From Octopus vulgaris (taxonomy: Eukaryota), in the NCBI GenBank assembly GCA_951406725.2, contig OX597838.1, positions 32,178,001 to 32,242,000 on the forward strand: DNA of 64,000 nucleotides, written 5' to 3'. Position 1 is the first letter of the stretch, and each line of letters starts with the position of its first letter. The position numbers and the translations under genes were made by a program. Shown here in pieces: positions 24,365-37,815 of the stretch. The notes below the pieces were generated by a model. That model was given only the letters and a program-made list of their open reading frames with translations. It made no database searches and was not told the origin of the DNA.

Positions 24365-25960
24365 TCTTTATCTTTTGTTTCAGCCACTCGACCAGGGCCA
24401 ATCTGGGGCACTGCCTTCAAGGGTTTCATGCTGACAAATTGACACCAGTTCTTATCTTTTTTTTCTTTTTAGAGCCTAGTATTCTGTTGGTCTCTTATGG
24501 TCGAACTGCTAAGTTACAGGGACATAAACAAACCAATAATGGTTGTCAAGCAGTGGGGTGGGGGACAAACACAAACATATATACAGGTGCAGGCATGGCT
24601 GTGTTGTAAGAGGCTTGCTTCCCAACCATGTGGTTCCAGGTTCAGTTCCACTGCATGGCACTTTGGGCAAGTGTCTGCTACTATGGCTTCAAGCTGACCA
24701 AAGCCTTGTGAGTGGATTTGGCAGATGGAAACTGAAAGAAGCCTGCTTGTGTGTCTGTGTTTGTCCCCATCACCACCATTGCTTGACAACCAATGTTGAC
24801 GTGTTTATGTCCCCATAACTTAGCCATTTGGCAAAAGAGACCAATAGATTAAGTACAAGACTTACAAAGAATAAGTCCTGGGGCCGATTTGTTTGACTAA
24901 AGGTGGTTAAATTTAGGGTTAAAAATAAGACTGACTCCCTGTGATATGATGAGGGGCCGTAGTGGGAGAAGTTAGCCCCAGTAGACAGAAATCTTGACAG
25001 TTCCATCCCATAAAGCAATGGATGATTTGTACATTAATATTAACACAATATTTTGGATGTAGTCTAATAACCCTAACGAGATATGTTTATTTGAAGTGCT
25101 TCATCATTGATTAGCAACTGTTAATTATGGATTACACTGCAGCGGGGTTTAGACAACAAAAGTTATGTCTGAGACATATTGTGAATGATGGAAATTCATA
25201 ACCAACATAATTGTCTTTCATCTTTTTGTTTCAGTCAGAGTGTGGCCATGTTGGGGCACTTTATCAGTCTCTTTTGCCCAACTGCTAAGTTACAGGGATA
25301 ACAGACCATCACTGGTTGTCAAGCAGCTGGTGGAGACAAACACAGACACACATGACAGGCTTCCTTCAGTTTCCATCTACCAAACCCACTAACAAGGTTG
25401 GCCAGAGGCTATAGTAGAAGACACTTGCCTGAGGTGCTATGCAGTGGGACTGAACCTGGAACCATTTGGTTGGGAAGCAAGCTTCTTACCACACAGCCAT
25501 GCCTAGTGAGTTTACCATTTTCTTAATTATCTCCTCAAAACACTCGCCTCTGTTCTACCATTAACTTCCTGCTACAATTCCAATATTAAGATAAAACAAT
25601 CGGCATGGCTGTGTGGTTAAGATGTTTGTTTTGCAACCATGTGGTTTCAGGTTCAGTCTCACTGCACAGCACCTTGGGCAAGTGTCTTCTCCAACGGCCA
25701 TGGGCCGAGCAACGCCTTGTGAGAATGCCAGTCATTTATGTGTCAGCGTGTATCTATGTGTTTGTGCCCTGACCACCTGACAACCAATGTTTTTTTGTTC
25801 ATGTCCCCATAAGGTAGCAGTTCAACAAAAAAGGGATCATAGAATAAGCACCAGACTTGGTAAACAGAAAAAAGGTATTATTGTTGGTTTGTTGAACAAA
25901 ATGTTTCAAGGGCATTGCTCCAGTGTGGCCATAGTCTAATGACTAAAACAAAAGATAGAA
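24365..25960. mobile_element. Cluster of SINE family A copies in both orientations
   Basis: Copies at about 24365-24570(-), 24586-24905(+), 25215-25503(-) and 25600-25960(+). Confidence 0.75.
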
Positions 25961-26774
25961 GACAACAGAAAGAGACTTGCTCAAGGTGCTACACGGTGAG
26001 ATGGAACTCAAAACCTCATGGTTATGAAGTGAACTAAATATTCATACACCCATGCTTCTGCTTTAACTGTTAGTTCTGACAGTAATACTTAAGTATTAGC
26101 ACCTTTGTATTGCTGAAGACTGGGTGTTTGGCTTCCAAAGGTTATTGGTACTTCCCCAATACTTGAGTAACTCAGAGGAAACAAAAAAAAAAACCCTGTC
26201 CCTATCTGTTTCTTTATTACCCACAAGGGGCTAAACATAGAGGGGACAAACAAGGACAGACAAACGGATTAAGTTGATTACATTGATCCCAGTGCGCAAC
26301 TGGTACTTAATTTATCGACCCCGAAAGGATGAAAGGCAAAGTTGACCTCAGCTGAATTTGAACTCAGAATGAAATACGGCTACGCATTTCGCCCGGCGTG
26401 CTAACAGTTCTGCCAGCTCGCCGCCTTATAAACCTGTCCCTATCATTCTGTGACAAATGGTTTCATCTAAAACATTAAACTACCAAATATAAAAGGATGG
26501 TTGAGTGATTAACCTTTTAGCATTCCGATTGTCCAATCAAATGCAAGGCTTCTTAATTCATATCGTTTTCAATCAACCATACGTTACCTCGTAATTTCAA
26601 GATTTCAATGATGTGATTGTATAGTCTTTGAATGACATTGTAAGGGAGGTGTGAGAGGTCAGATCTGGCTAGTTTAAATGCTAAAGGGTTAAGGAGGTTG
26701 CAGCCACGTGCTTTTGGCAAATGGCAGCTTGGGAAAGTATCTTTGACTATAGCCCAGGGCTCTATGCCGATTTT

Positions 26775-27145
26775 TCTACCCTGATGAAGGAGGCTGGTAT
26801 CACCGTAGTATTTATATGCATCTAAGGCGGCGAGCTGGCAGAGATGTTAGCATGCTGGATGTTTGTTTAGTCTGTCTTTATGTTCTGAGTTCAAATTCCA
26901 CAGAGGTCGACGTTGCCTTTCATCCTTTCAGGGTCGATAAATTAAGTATCAGTTGCATACTGGGGTCAATCTAATCGACTGGCCCCCTCCCCCAAAATTT
27001 CGGGCCTTGTGCCTTGAGTAGAAAAGAATATTTATATGCATCTTATACTGGTTGCATATCCTTGAATTTTCGCAGTCCATCAGCCAATGAAGAACATTAC
27101 AACAATTGCATAATTCTGAGCCCCCAGAAACAGCTGTTGGCTTTA
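26775..27145 (+). mobile_element. Degenerate Penelope-type hammerhead interrupted by a SINE
   Basis: CTGATGA at 26781-87 ... GAAACAGCTGTT at 27127-38, with stem II GGAGGCT/AGCCCCC. A SINE at 26824-27028 is inserted with 15-bp TSD TATTTATATGCATCT. Confidence 0.55.
26824..27028 (+). mobile_element. SINE family B with 15-bp TSD
   Basis: TSD TATTTATATGCATCT at 26809-23 and 27029-43. Other + copies at ~33053-33268, 44505-44722, 45343-45575 and 47792-48005. Confidence 0.88.
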
Positions 27146-27727
27146 AAGTACTTTAATAAGTATGCTTTCTCCCCTTAGTTTTCTGTATTTTTTGAGCCCC
27201 TTGTAAATGTATTTACTTTATAAATATATAAATATCTATATGCTTGTACATGAATGTTCGTCTTCTGAAAATTTTCAGTTTTTTCTTTATCTCTCTATGT
27301 ATCCCAATACTTATTTATATGTGTATATGTATTTATATTATTTTTATCAACTCCTAGTGTGTTTATCAGCATCACTATATATGTGTGTGTGTGTGTGTGC
27401 CAGTTACATGTAAAAGCACCCACTACACTCTTGGAATGGCTGGCGTTAGAAAAGGCATCCAGGCGTAGAAATCAAGCCAAATCAAACTGAAACCTGGTAC
27501 AACTCTCTGGCTTGCCATTTCCAGTCAAACTGCCCAACCCAAGCCAGCATGGAAAATGGATGCTAAAATGATGATGATGGTGGTGATACAAGTGAGTGGA
27601 AAAATGAAAGAGGCACTCCACACACTTTGTAGGGGTTCTATTATTTAAAACAGAGATTTGGGTCCATGCGACTTGAAATTTTGCAGATTTCTAACAGAAA
27701 CCTCGCTCGTTCAGATTACCAAATTGG

Positions 27728-27988
27728 GCCTCGTGCCGGTGGCACATAAAAAGCACCATCCGATCGTGGCCGTTTGCCAGCCTCGTCTGGCACCTGTGCC
27801 GGTGGCACGTAAAAAGCAACCACTACACTCACGGAGTGGTTGGCGTTAGGAAGGGCATCCAGCCATAGAAACATTGCCAGATCAGACTGGGCCTGGTGCA
27901 GCCTTCTGGCTTCCCAGACCCCAGTTGAACCGTCCCAACCCATGCTAGCATGGAAAGCGGACGCTAAACGATGATGATGACGATGATG
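27728..27988 (+). mobile_element. Family C
   Basis: Forward copy. Confidence 0.85.
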
Positions 27989-28455
27989 TAATCTATGCCA
28001 GAATGAGCAGCGTTCTTGTTTCAAGCCTGCAAAACTGTTACTGAATCAAACTGTTTTAAATAATAATAATAATATACACGGAAACACACACAACCATATA
28101 TAAGTTCTATAACACTGATAATACATGATGTAATGGTCAACCTGATATCCCCACGTTACCGAAACAAGTACAAGAAATAAGCTTGGAATATGAAGAATTT
28201 GTAATTAAAAGTGTGTGTGTGTGTGTGTGTGTGTGTAGATGGATGTGTGTTGTCTGAACAGGAACCAAGCTTTTAAAACTGTGCATCAATCGGTGCAGCA
28301 AACTTGTAAACTACAAGTGGAGAACATGAGTGACATTGACCTTTGATCACATAATCCTGCCATTTTCAGTGATTGATCTGTTACATGCGCAGGAGTGCAA
28401 TAGGTAGGGAAGCTGTAAAATAATGCGTGATTAAATCAAAACAATGTGAATAAAT

Positions 28456-28547
28456 ATGCAGCTGCCCTCATCTGCACCTCCTGCCGTGAAGTTGTGTCCC
28501 AGATGAACCAACTTCACGGCAGGAGGTGCAGATGAGGGCAGCTGCAT
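28456..28547. repeat. Perfect 39-bp inverted repeat with 14-nt loop
   Basis: 28456-28494 is the reverse complement of 28509-28547. Confidence 0.95.
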
Positions 28548-28789
28548 CGAACTCTCTCATGCACCAAATGGCAATTGCTAAAAAGCATTCGCGAAGTAAA
28601 ATCATGTAGCAACGCCAAATGGTAGTGCCCCAGCATGGCCACAGCTCGTGAGCTGAAACTAGATAAAATAAAAAAAATAAAAATCAGAATGGTAATCTGA
28701 ATGCTAAAGGGTTGAGAGGCAGTGTAAAGGAATCCGTCTGGGATACAAACAAACACCTGGATGCAACAACACAACAGCACACCTAATTA

Positions 28790-29000
28790 ACCCTTTCATT
28801 ACCAATCCGGCCGAAACCGGCTCTAGCTCTGAGTACAAATGTCTTGTTTTTATAAGATTTGAATTAAAATTAGTCACAATTTATGTTCCTATCACTAGCT
28901 TAATGATAACTAAGTTATTTTACTAAATTCTTTGTTATACTTAAAGTAATTGAAATAAACACTGAGCATCTCAAAATAAATACAGTAACGAAAGGGTTAA
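28790..29000 (+). mobile_element. piggyBac-type MITE (same family)
   Basis: TTAA CCCTTTCATTACC...GTAACGAAAGGG TTAA. Confidence 0.85.
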
Positions 29001-29575
29001 ATGTCACTTATTTGTGACACTGACAAACAGACTCTCAACTCTCAGCTACCCTTGTCTCAATATTTAGCCCCTGCAGCCTTTCATTTTCAGTGTCCCCAAA
29101 GTCGAAATCCAACTTGAAAAGTCATTAATTTGAGATGGTCGAAGACAAGAAAATTCCACAACTAGAAGAATGAACTACTCTTGGAAATGTGTTTCGAAAA
29201 ACTGGAATAAAAATGTTGGTAGAGAAATATCAACAGTGGCAGGAACTATTTTGAAAGGATCTAATAAAAGTCTGATTGATTTGTAAGTGAAGTAATACAT
29301 TTGTTCTTTAAAAAGTTTTAGACAAACATCATACATGAACGTTTTATAGACATATATAACCAACCTCACACACACACACAGCTGGTTAAACTTCTGTACT
29401 AAACAGGAACCTCAAGCTGCTGCTAAATATGACAACATAAATTCAGTTTCAGTAGAATGATTAATCAATGATACACAGCAAAACTGACATTGTTATTATT
29501 ATTATTATGACATCATCACATGATATACTATCATATTTACATGTTTATTCTATGACAAACAACATTACCATAGAG

Positions 29576-29794
29576 CAATGGTTTTCAACCAGGGTTCCGC
29601 GGAACCTTAAGGTTCTGCCAGTACAGTCCAGGGGTTCCGCAAGAAGTTACAAAAATGCTAAAATCGGCAGTAATTTTTAATTCTCCTGTGCAGATATGTG
29701 TGCATAAGACTATTAAATTATTGCACAGGGGTTCCCCGAGCCAGTGGAATGTTTCCTTGGGGTTCCGCTCCAGGAAAAAGTTTGAAAAGCACTG
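29576..29794 (+). mobile_element. hAT MITE (same family)
   Basis: Same sequence as 5956-6156; TSD CCATAGAG/CTATAGAG. Confidence 0.88.
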
Positions 29795-30675
29795 CTATAG
29801 AGCAATGTTTCTCAACCAGGGTCCAGATAAGATTTTGTTCAAATTGGCTGTGTGATAAGAAGCTTGCTTCCCAACCACATGGTTCTGGGTTCAGTCCCAT
29901 TGCGTGGCACCCTCGGCAAGTGTCTTTCACTATGGCCTCGGGCCGACCAAAGCCTTGTGAGTGGATTTGGTAGACAACAGCGTTTCACACAGAAAAACAA
30001 TAGAATGAGGACAGGTATGGCAACGTGATCCAGACTGGCCGTTGTTTACACTTAGCTCAGCCCTATTATCAAAGATTTTCTAACCATGACCATCCTGTTC
30101 TTCACATCCAATTTTCAAGACAGTAGAGTGTATTGTGAGGGAGTTTACCCGGCTGCTATTTCTAGCAGTGATAATCCTGATATTCATGAACTCGAGGAAT
30201 TGAGGAGGGGGGTTTGGAGTGAGAAGAGCAAGAATTTGTAGCAGTTTAAATGGATTGGGTTGTAGTTGCTATGGTTACATTATCTCATCTGAAAGTGGAT
30301 CAACTGAGTAATTCCCTTGTGAATATATTAGACAAACAGCAACTGTAGCACACTGACCACCAGCAGTGACCATTTCCACTGTGAACACCACAATGCATCT
30401 ACAGGAATACAGATGAGACAAGACGGCTTCTACACAGTTGCTTTCTCTGCTAGAAATAGCAGTAAGACTTCCCTCAAGCCACACACTGTCTTAAGATGAA
30501 GGACACGTTGTATGGTTATGTGATTCTAGTTGCTCTCTCTGAGAAATAAGACAGGATAAGTGGCATTCTGTTGGTTATGACGATGAGGGTTCCACTTGAT
30601 GTGATCAACAGAACAGCCTGCTTGTGAAATGAATGTTCAAGTGGCTGAGCACTCCACAGACATGAGTACCCTTAA

Positions 30676-31309
30676 CCCTTTTGTTACCATATTTATTTTG
30701 AAATACTCTTTTACTCTTTTACTTGTTTCAGTCATTTGACTGCGGCCATGCTGGAGCACCGCCTTTAGTCGAACAAATCGACCCCGGGACTTATTCTTTG
30801 TAAGCCCAGTACTTATTCTGTCGGTCTCTTTTGCCAAACCGCTATGTGACGGGGACGTAAACACACCAGCATCGGTTGTCAAGCAATGCTAGGGGGACAA
30901 ACACAAGCACACAAACACACACATACATATATATATATATATACATATATACGACAGGTTTCATTCAGTTTTCGTCTACCAAATCCGCTCACAAGGCATT
31001 TGTCGGCCCGGGGCTATAGCAGAAGACACTTACCCAAGATGCCACGCAGTGGGACTGAACCCAGAACCATGTGGTTGGTTAGCAAGCTACTTACCACACA
31101 GCCACTCCTGCGCCTTGTTTTGTGTTTCTTTCAATTACTTTAAAATATCACAAAGAATTTAGTAAAATAACTTAGTTATCATTAAGCTTTTGTTAGGAAC
31201 ATAAATTGTGACCATGGTTTGGTGGAAGATTTTCATTCAAAATATATGAAAACAAGACTTTTGTAATACAGAGCCAGAGGCGGTTTTAGCCGGGTTGGTA
31301 TTGAAAGAG
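30676..31309 (-). mobile_element. piggyBac-type MITE carrying a nested SINE, itself inserted in an older SINE
   Basis: TTAA at 30672-75 and 31310-13; the internal sequence is the reverse complement of the 8.2-kb MITE, interrupted at 30705-31114. Confidence 0.85.
30705..31114 (-). mobile_element. SINE family A nested in a MITE
   Basis: Full-length reverse-complement copy. Confidence 0.9.
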
Positions 31310-33961
31310 TTAACATAGTTCTCAAGAAGATTCAGTGTGACACAATGTGACAAAGCTGGCGCTTTTGAGTTACAGAGACAACTCATTTTTGACAGCTAGG
31401 CGCAATATGAAATAAAGTGTCTTGCTCAAGGACACACCGTGCTGCTAGGAGTTGAACTCACAACCTTATGATTGTGAGTAGATTACCTTAACCACTAAGT
31501 CACATGACGAGCAATTATAAGGGGGAGGGGTTTTATGCATAGTAGTAGTAGTATTAATGGGTCAGACAAAATGCCTTGTGGTAATTATACCAGCTCTTAC
31601 ATTTTGAAATCAAAATCCCACCAAAGTCGACATTGCCATTCATCCTTCTGGGATTGATATAATAAAGCACCAATCACATACTGGGGTCGATGTCACTGAC
31701 TTAACCCCCTCCCCTTAAAACTGTTACCCTTGTGCCTAAATCAGAAACCCTTATTACGTCCGCCTTAGCAAAGGCAGAGGTATTGTTTTCACTTGTGTTT
31801 GTTTGTCTGTGGACAAGATATCTCAAGAACCACTGCATGGATTTAGATGAAACTTCTGGAGATGTTTGGCCTCAAGACTGGCACAAACTGATTAGATTTT
31901 AGGATCGATCCGGTACTGAACAAGAATTCTGGATTATTTTTCCATTTTATTTTACTTAACTTTTAAGAGTGATCAGGTTCAGTTTTAGTATTCTTGTTTG
32001 TGAGAGCAATCTAGTTTATTTCAGATATTCTCATTTTGGATGGTTTGACCAGACTTGGAAAGCTGGAGAGCTGCACCAGGCTCCAGTCGGATTTGGCTTG
32101 GATTCTACGGCTGGATGCCCTTCCGCATGCCAACTACTTTACAGAGTGGGCTGGGTGTTTTTCTGAGGCACCACACAAGTGCCCTTTCATGGCACTGGCA
32201 CAGGACTCTTGCAGACCAATCCTCTCCACCAGAGGGTCGTGGCCTTAACACTTCTGCCATAGAGTACATATCTTCTTGAGGACAGCAAGGTGTCAGGTAT
32301 CTCAGTCCTTCATCATCTCATCTGAAAGGTTCAGCATCCTGAGGTTGACCTACAGCACTTCATCCAATGTCTTATTGGGCCTCCTTCTTCCACATGTTCC
32401 ATCTACTTTGAGAGATTGGCACTTATTTATGGAGCTGTTGGCATCCATCCACACACTTATGATGTATGGAGCTGTCGTGTCTTCTACTATAAGCATCATC
32501 ATCATCATCATCACTTAACGTCCGCTTTCCATGTCCGACCAAAGCCTTATGAATGGATTTGGTGGATGGAAACTGAAAGAAGCCTGTCGTATACATTATA
32601 TTTATGTATGCATGAATGCTTGTGATATCGTGTGATAGATGTAAACGAGCATCACTGTCATACATGCAATATATGTTTTCAGTCTTCCATGAAAAAAAGA
32701 TTTGGCCATGAAGTGATATTACTTTGCCTAGTAATAGGTAAGGGTTAGCAACAGGAAGGGCATCCAGCTGTAAAAAAATCCACCTTAACAAATTCCGCCT
32801 GATCTATGTAAGCATGGAAAAGTGGACATGAAATCAATGATGATGACATGTATAATATATACATAGGGCCTCACGGAGGCAAAGTGGCCGAGTTCCTTTC
32901 AAGTGTTGGGCCTCATGGAGGCAATGACCAAGATCTTTGGCATTATGTCATGCTTGGGAAGAAGACCCATCAAACTGAGCGAAATTGCAGTCGTAGCAGA
33001 TACCAGTATCACACAAAATGGCCTCCATGCTGGTGGTATGTAAAAGCACCCAAAGGTGGTGAGCTGGTAGAAATGTTTAGTGGTATTTCGTCTGCCGCTA
33101 CGTTCTGAGTTCAAATTCCGCTGAGGTCGACTTTGCCTTTCATCCTTTCGGGGTCGATAAATTAAGTACCAGTTACACACTGGGGTCGATGCAATCGACT
33201 TAATACCCATGTCTGTCCTTGTTTGTCCCCTCTGTGTTTAGCCCCTTGTGGGTAATAAAGTAATAGGTATGTAAAAGCACCCTTTATACTCTTGGAGTGG
33301 TTGGCATTAGGAAGGGCACCCAGCTGTAGAAACCCATGCCAAATCAGACTGGAGTCTGGTGCAACCTTCCAGCATGACAGCCCGGTCAAACTCAAGCCAG
33401 CAAGGACAACAGATGTTAAATGTTGATGATGACGACAGGCATGGCTGTGTGGTTAAGAAGCTCGCTTTGCAGCCATGGCAACCTTGGGCAAGTGTCTCCT
33501 ACAGCCCTGGACTGACTGACCACTGCCTTGCGAGTAAATTTGGTAGGTGGAAACTGTGTGGAAGCACCTCTGATTCAAGCAATCATGGAAAAGCTGGCAG
33601 TAGTGAAGCTGTCGTCAGACATACCATGAAAGCTGATACTGCTGCTTCACATGTGGCGGCAGTGGTGGTGGTAGAGGTTTTTATTAGCTGAACTCATGCA
33701 AGCCAAGCGGTACTGGTAAAATTTTGAGAAGGAAGAGGGGAAGTCCCTGATGGTAGACTTAACGTCTTCCCTCCCTCTTTCTGAAATTCAAGGTCAATTT
33801 TATCTCCCCATGGGAGGGGAGGTGAGCCAATAAAATAAAGTACCAGTCATACACTGATGGTCATTTTAACTGAATGCTACCTCCTGTTGCTCCTCTTCCA
33901 ACACAAAGGCAAGCAGTATCAAGTGTGTCCCATCTTGTGTAAAAATATAGTAAGGCACTGA

Positions 33962-34373
33962 TGTGGCTGTGTGGTAAGGAGTTTGTTTCCCAACCACAAG
34001 GTTCCGGGTTCAGTCCCACTGCTTGGCACCTTGGGCAAGTGTCTTCTACTATAGCCTCGGGCCGACCAAAGCCTTGTGAGTGGATTTGGTAGACGGAAAC
34101 TGAAAGAAGCCCGTCGTATATATGTATATATATATATATATATATGCGTGTGTGTGTTTGTGTGTCTGTGTTTGTCCCCCTAGCATTGCTTGACAACCGA
34201 TGCTGGTGTGTTTATGCCCCCGTCACTTAGCGGTTCGGCAAAAGAGACCGATAGAATAAGTACTGGGCTTACAAAGAATAAGTCCCGGGGTCGAGTTGCT
34301 CGATTAAAGGCGGTGCTCCAGTATGGCCGCAGTCAAAATGACTGAAACGAGTAAAAAGAGAAAGAGAAAAGAG
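33962..34373 (+). mobile_element. SINE family A
   Basis: Full-length copy. Confidence 0.9.
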
Positions 34374-34987
34374 TATATATGTGTGTGTGTGTCTTTGTCC
34401 CCCACCACCACTTGACAACTGGTGTTGGTGTGTTTACATCCCTGTAACTAAGTAGAGACCAATAGAATAAGTATCAGACTTTACAAAAAAAAAAATAGTG
34501 AGATAAATTCATTCAACTAAAATTCAATGGTGCCCCAGCATGGCCACAGTCTAAATGACTAAAACAAGTAAAAGAATAAAGATGACATTTTGACTGCTAT
34601 GTGCCAATCTTTGGAGTCTCTTGTTCCTACCACATTCTTCGAATTGTTCAACCCCCACCACGACCATCACTCAAATAGTTTCATTGTTTTGTTTTTAGAA
34701 AGAAAGTTGTTCTCTTTGTCTTGACATTGAGTGTCAGGCACAAGGCACTGATGTTTAGCCCCAGGTCAGCTTAGATCCACAAGACCAATCATCAAAGACA
34801 TGCCCAGCTGTTACCATCTATAGTGACTTGTTGTTGTTGGTGATGGTTCCAGGCTGGTCCTACAATCACCACCACCACCACCTCTATGCCAGTGGTTCTT
34901 AACCACAGCTCTCAGGGCAGCATGCGGCCCTCAAGTACCCCAACCATCTTCCTTCTACAAATGTAATAAATTTTTAATTTATTACAC

Positions 34988-35157
34988 AGGAGTGGCTGTG
35001 TGGTAAGTAGCTTGTTTACCAACCACATGATTCCGGGTTCAGTCCCACTGCGTGGCACCTTGGGCAAATGTCTTCTACTATAGCCTCGGGCTGACCAAAG
35101 CCTTGTGAGTGGATTTGGTAGACGGAAACTGAAAGAAGCCCGTCGTATATATGTATA

Positions 35158-35191
<34 letters not shown>

Positions 35192-35389
35192 CACACATGT
35201 GTGTGTTTGTGTGTTTGCTTGACAACCGATGCTGGTGTGTTTATGTCCCCGTTACTTAGCGGTTCGGCAAAAGAGACCGATAGAATAAGTACTGGGCTTA
35301 CAAAAGAATAAGTCCCGGGGTCGAGTTGCTCGATTAAAGGCGGTGCTCCAGCATGGCCGCAGTCAAATGACTGAAACAAGTAAAAGAGT
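34988..35389 (+). mobile_element. SINE family A
   Basis: Full-length copy. Confidence 0.9.
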
Positions 35390-36200
35390 AATCCCTCAGC
35401 ATTTAATCCGGCCAAATCCAACCCACACATTCTACCTCTTTTATGTTAAAACTGTAAAACTGACCAGATCCAGCCTCTCACACCTACCCTACAATGCCAT
35501 TCTAAAAATATACAAACACTATTGAAATATTGAAGCTACAAAATAATGCCCAATTAATTGAAGGTCAATTTTATCTTCCCATGGGGGTGGGGGCAAGTCA
35601 AATTAAGTACCAGTCATATACTGTAGTCAACTGCCTCCTCCTACTCCTCTCTTGCTACAAAGAAATCTGAATGCTTAAAGGGTTAACTTGTTTTTGTTTT
35701 TACTTTTTTGGTGTGGGCCTCTTAAAAGAAAATCCAGGTTTCGGATCTGGATATTGAAATGAGTTGAGACTCACAGCACTGTGCAGTTGAATGATTTGCT
35801 AGAAACAGCAGTCAAATCTCCTTCAAAGCATACAATCACCTTAACAACGGGAAGGAAACACATCCAAAATAATATAGTTTTGAATAAAATACATTACTGC
35901 TTGAAAACGACTGGATGGCCATGGCTGGAATGGGTTTGAACAAAGGACAACTCAGTCATGACTGACCTACGACTATCCAAGAGCACAAGAGGAAGGGACA
36001 TGGATCGAAATTTATAAGGAGAGGGAAAAGGGGTGGAAGGTTTTATGCAGTTTATTGTCTTTATGTAGATCCCATATAACAACTATACCCACCCCCTTTT
36101 CCTTCACTTCAATCATTGCATCATTTGGTAGTGACATGGACACATGTTAGTGTCTCTGTGTAGTGAAACAAAAACCTGCGATCCACAAACAAAGGATGCC

Positions 36201-36655
36201 TCTACGTGGTCGCTCTCCGCTAGAAATAGCAGTTAAATCTCCCTAGAATTACGTCCTACCATCTTTATAAAAGAAAATGCAAGGAATCACTGGAATAATG
36301 TAATCCTATGTACACTATGACTGAGACAAAGACGGGATGGTCATGGTCAAATCTACGTGGTCGCTCTCCGCTAGAAATAGCAGTTAAATCTCCCACGAAT
36401 TACGTCCTACCATCTTTATAAAAGAAAATGCAAGGAACCACTGGGACAATGTAATCCTATGTACACTATGACTGAGACAAAGACGGGATGGTCATGGTCA
36501 AATCTACGTGGTCGCTCTCCGCTAGAAATAGCAGTTAAATCTCCCACGAATTACGTCCTACCATCTTTATAAAAGAAAATGCAAGGAACCACTGGGACAA
36601 TGTAATCCTATGTACACTATGACTGAGACAAAGACGGGATGGTCATGGTCAAATC
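36201..36655. repeat. Tandem repeat, 3 x 151 bp
   Basis: Units start at 36201, 36352 and 36503. Confidence 0.95.
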
Positions 36656-37216
36656 GTCTTTGATCATGTCTGTCTGCTCGGTCACGGTCGACCTGGGGCT
36701 AAAACAGCAACATATGGAGATGAAGGAACGGTAGCAAAAGAGAAATAACTCCGGATGGATATGCTAAAAGTAACGGGGCAGCTAAAAGTAACAAGTGCTG
36801 CTGGGGTTATCTGTGATGCGGTGCGCAAGCATTTCCTTCCCTCCTAAGAACTTAAGAATTGATATATAAAGAATTGCTGTTTTGTTCAAGACGAGAGAAG
36901 ACTTTCTTCTGCGAGAGAGGACGAGGAGGGGGGCGGGCGGAATGAGAGAGGAGGGGCAGGGGGGGCAGTGAAAGCGTGACAAAATATGAAGTTGTGTAAG
37001 AGAGAGAGAGTGTATGTGTGTGTGTGTGTGTATGTGTGTGAGAGTGTGTGTGTGTGTGTGTAAAGAGCTGGATCTAAATATAGACACGAAGGCTTAGTAA
37101 AACCAACATTACGTCGAGGGGGAAGAGAAGAGAGAAACGTGCTTTTGATGTTTCCTTTCTTTCTTTCTTTTTTATTAAATCATCTCTTGTCTCCTCCCCT
37201 TGGCTATTAAAGGATA

Positions 37217-37255
<39 letters not shown>

Positions 37256-37306
37256 TTATTTTATCTAGTTTCAGCTCACGAGCTGTGGCCATGCTGGGGC
37301 ACCGCC

Positions 37307-37338
<32 letters not shown>

Positions 37339-37537
37339 ATGTATATATATATATATAGAGAGAGAGAAGCGAGGTGGAGATGAGATGATTTAAAAAAGAG
37401 AGCAATAAGAAGATCAAGAACACCCCTCTCTATCTCTCGTCGAACGGAACACTTTAACTGCGTGTGTTCTGTAACAGTCATCACAGTACATGCCATACTG
37501 GGGCAACGGCCGTCTGTTTACATTCCCTCCCCCCGTT

Positions 37538-37815
37538 AAATTATTTGGCGATCTTTCGTCTCTAGTAGACCTTTCCGTCGATTACACAACATACTGTCTG
37601 TCTCCCACACCCCATCAAACACACACACATGTACATCAATGCTCCCATGCACGGTAACTTCAAAAGAACTTCCCTCGTCATACAATCGCTTCCTCTTAGT
37701 CTCTTTCGCTCTCATTACTTCAAAAGTTCCCGCAAGCCCATATGTAAAAAAAAAAAAATTTTTTTACGGAAATCGACGGAAAGGTCTACTAGAGACGAAA
37801 GATTGCCAATTATTT
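37538..37815. repeat. About 45-bp inverted repeat with ~190-bp spacer
   Basis: TTGGCGATCTTTCGTCTCTAGTAGACCTTTCCGTCGATT versus AATCGACGGAAAGGTCTACTAGAGACGAAAGATTGCCAA. Confidence 0.9.
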
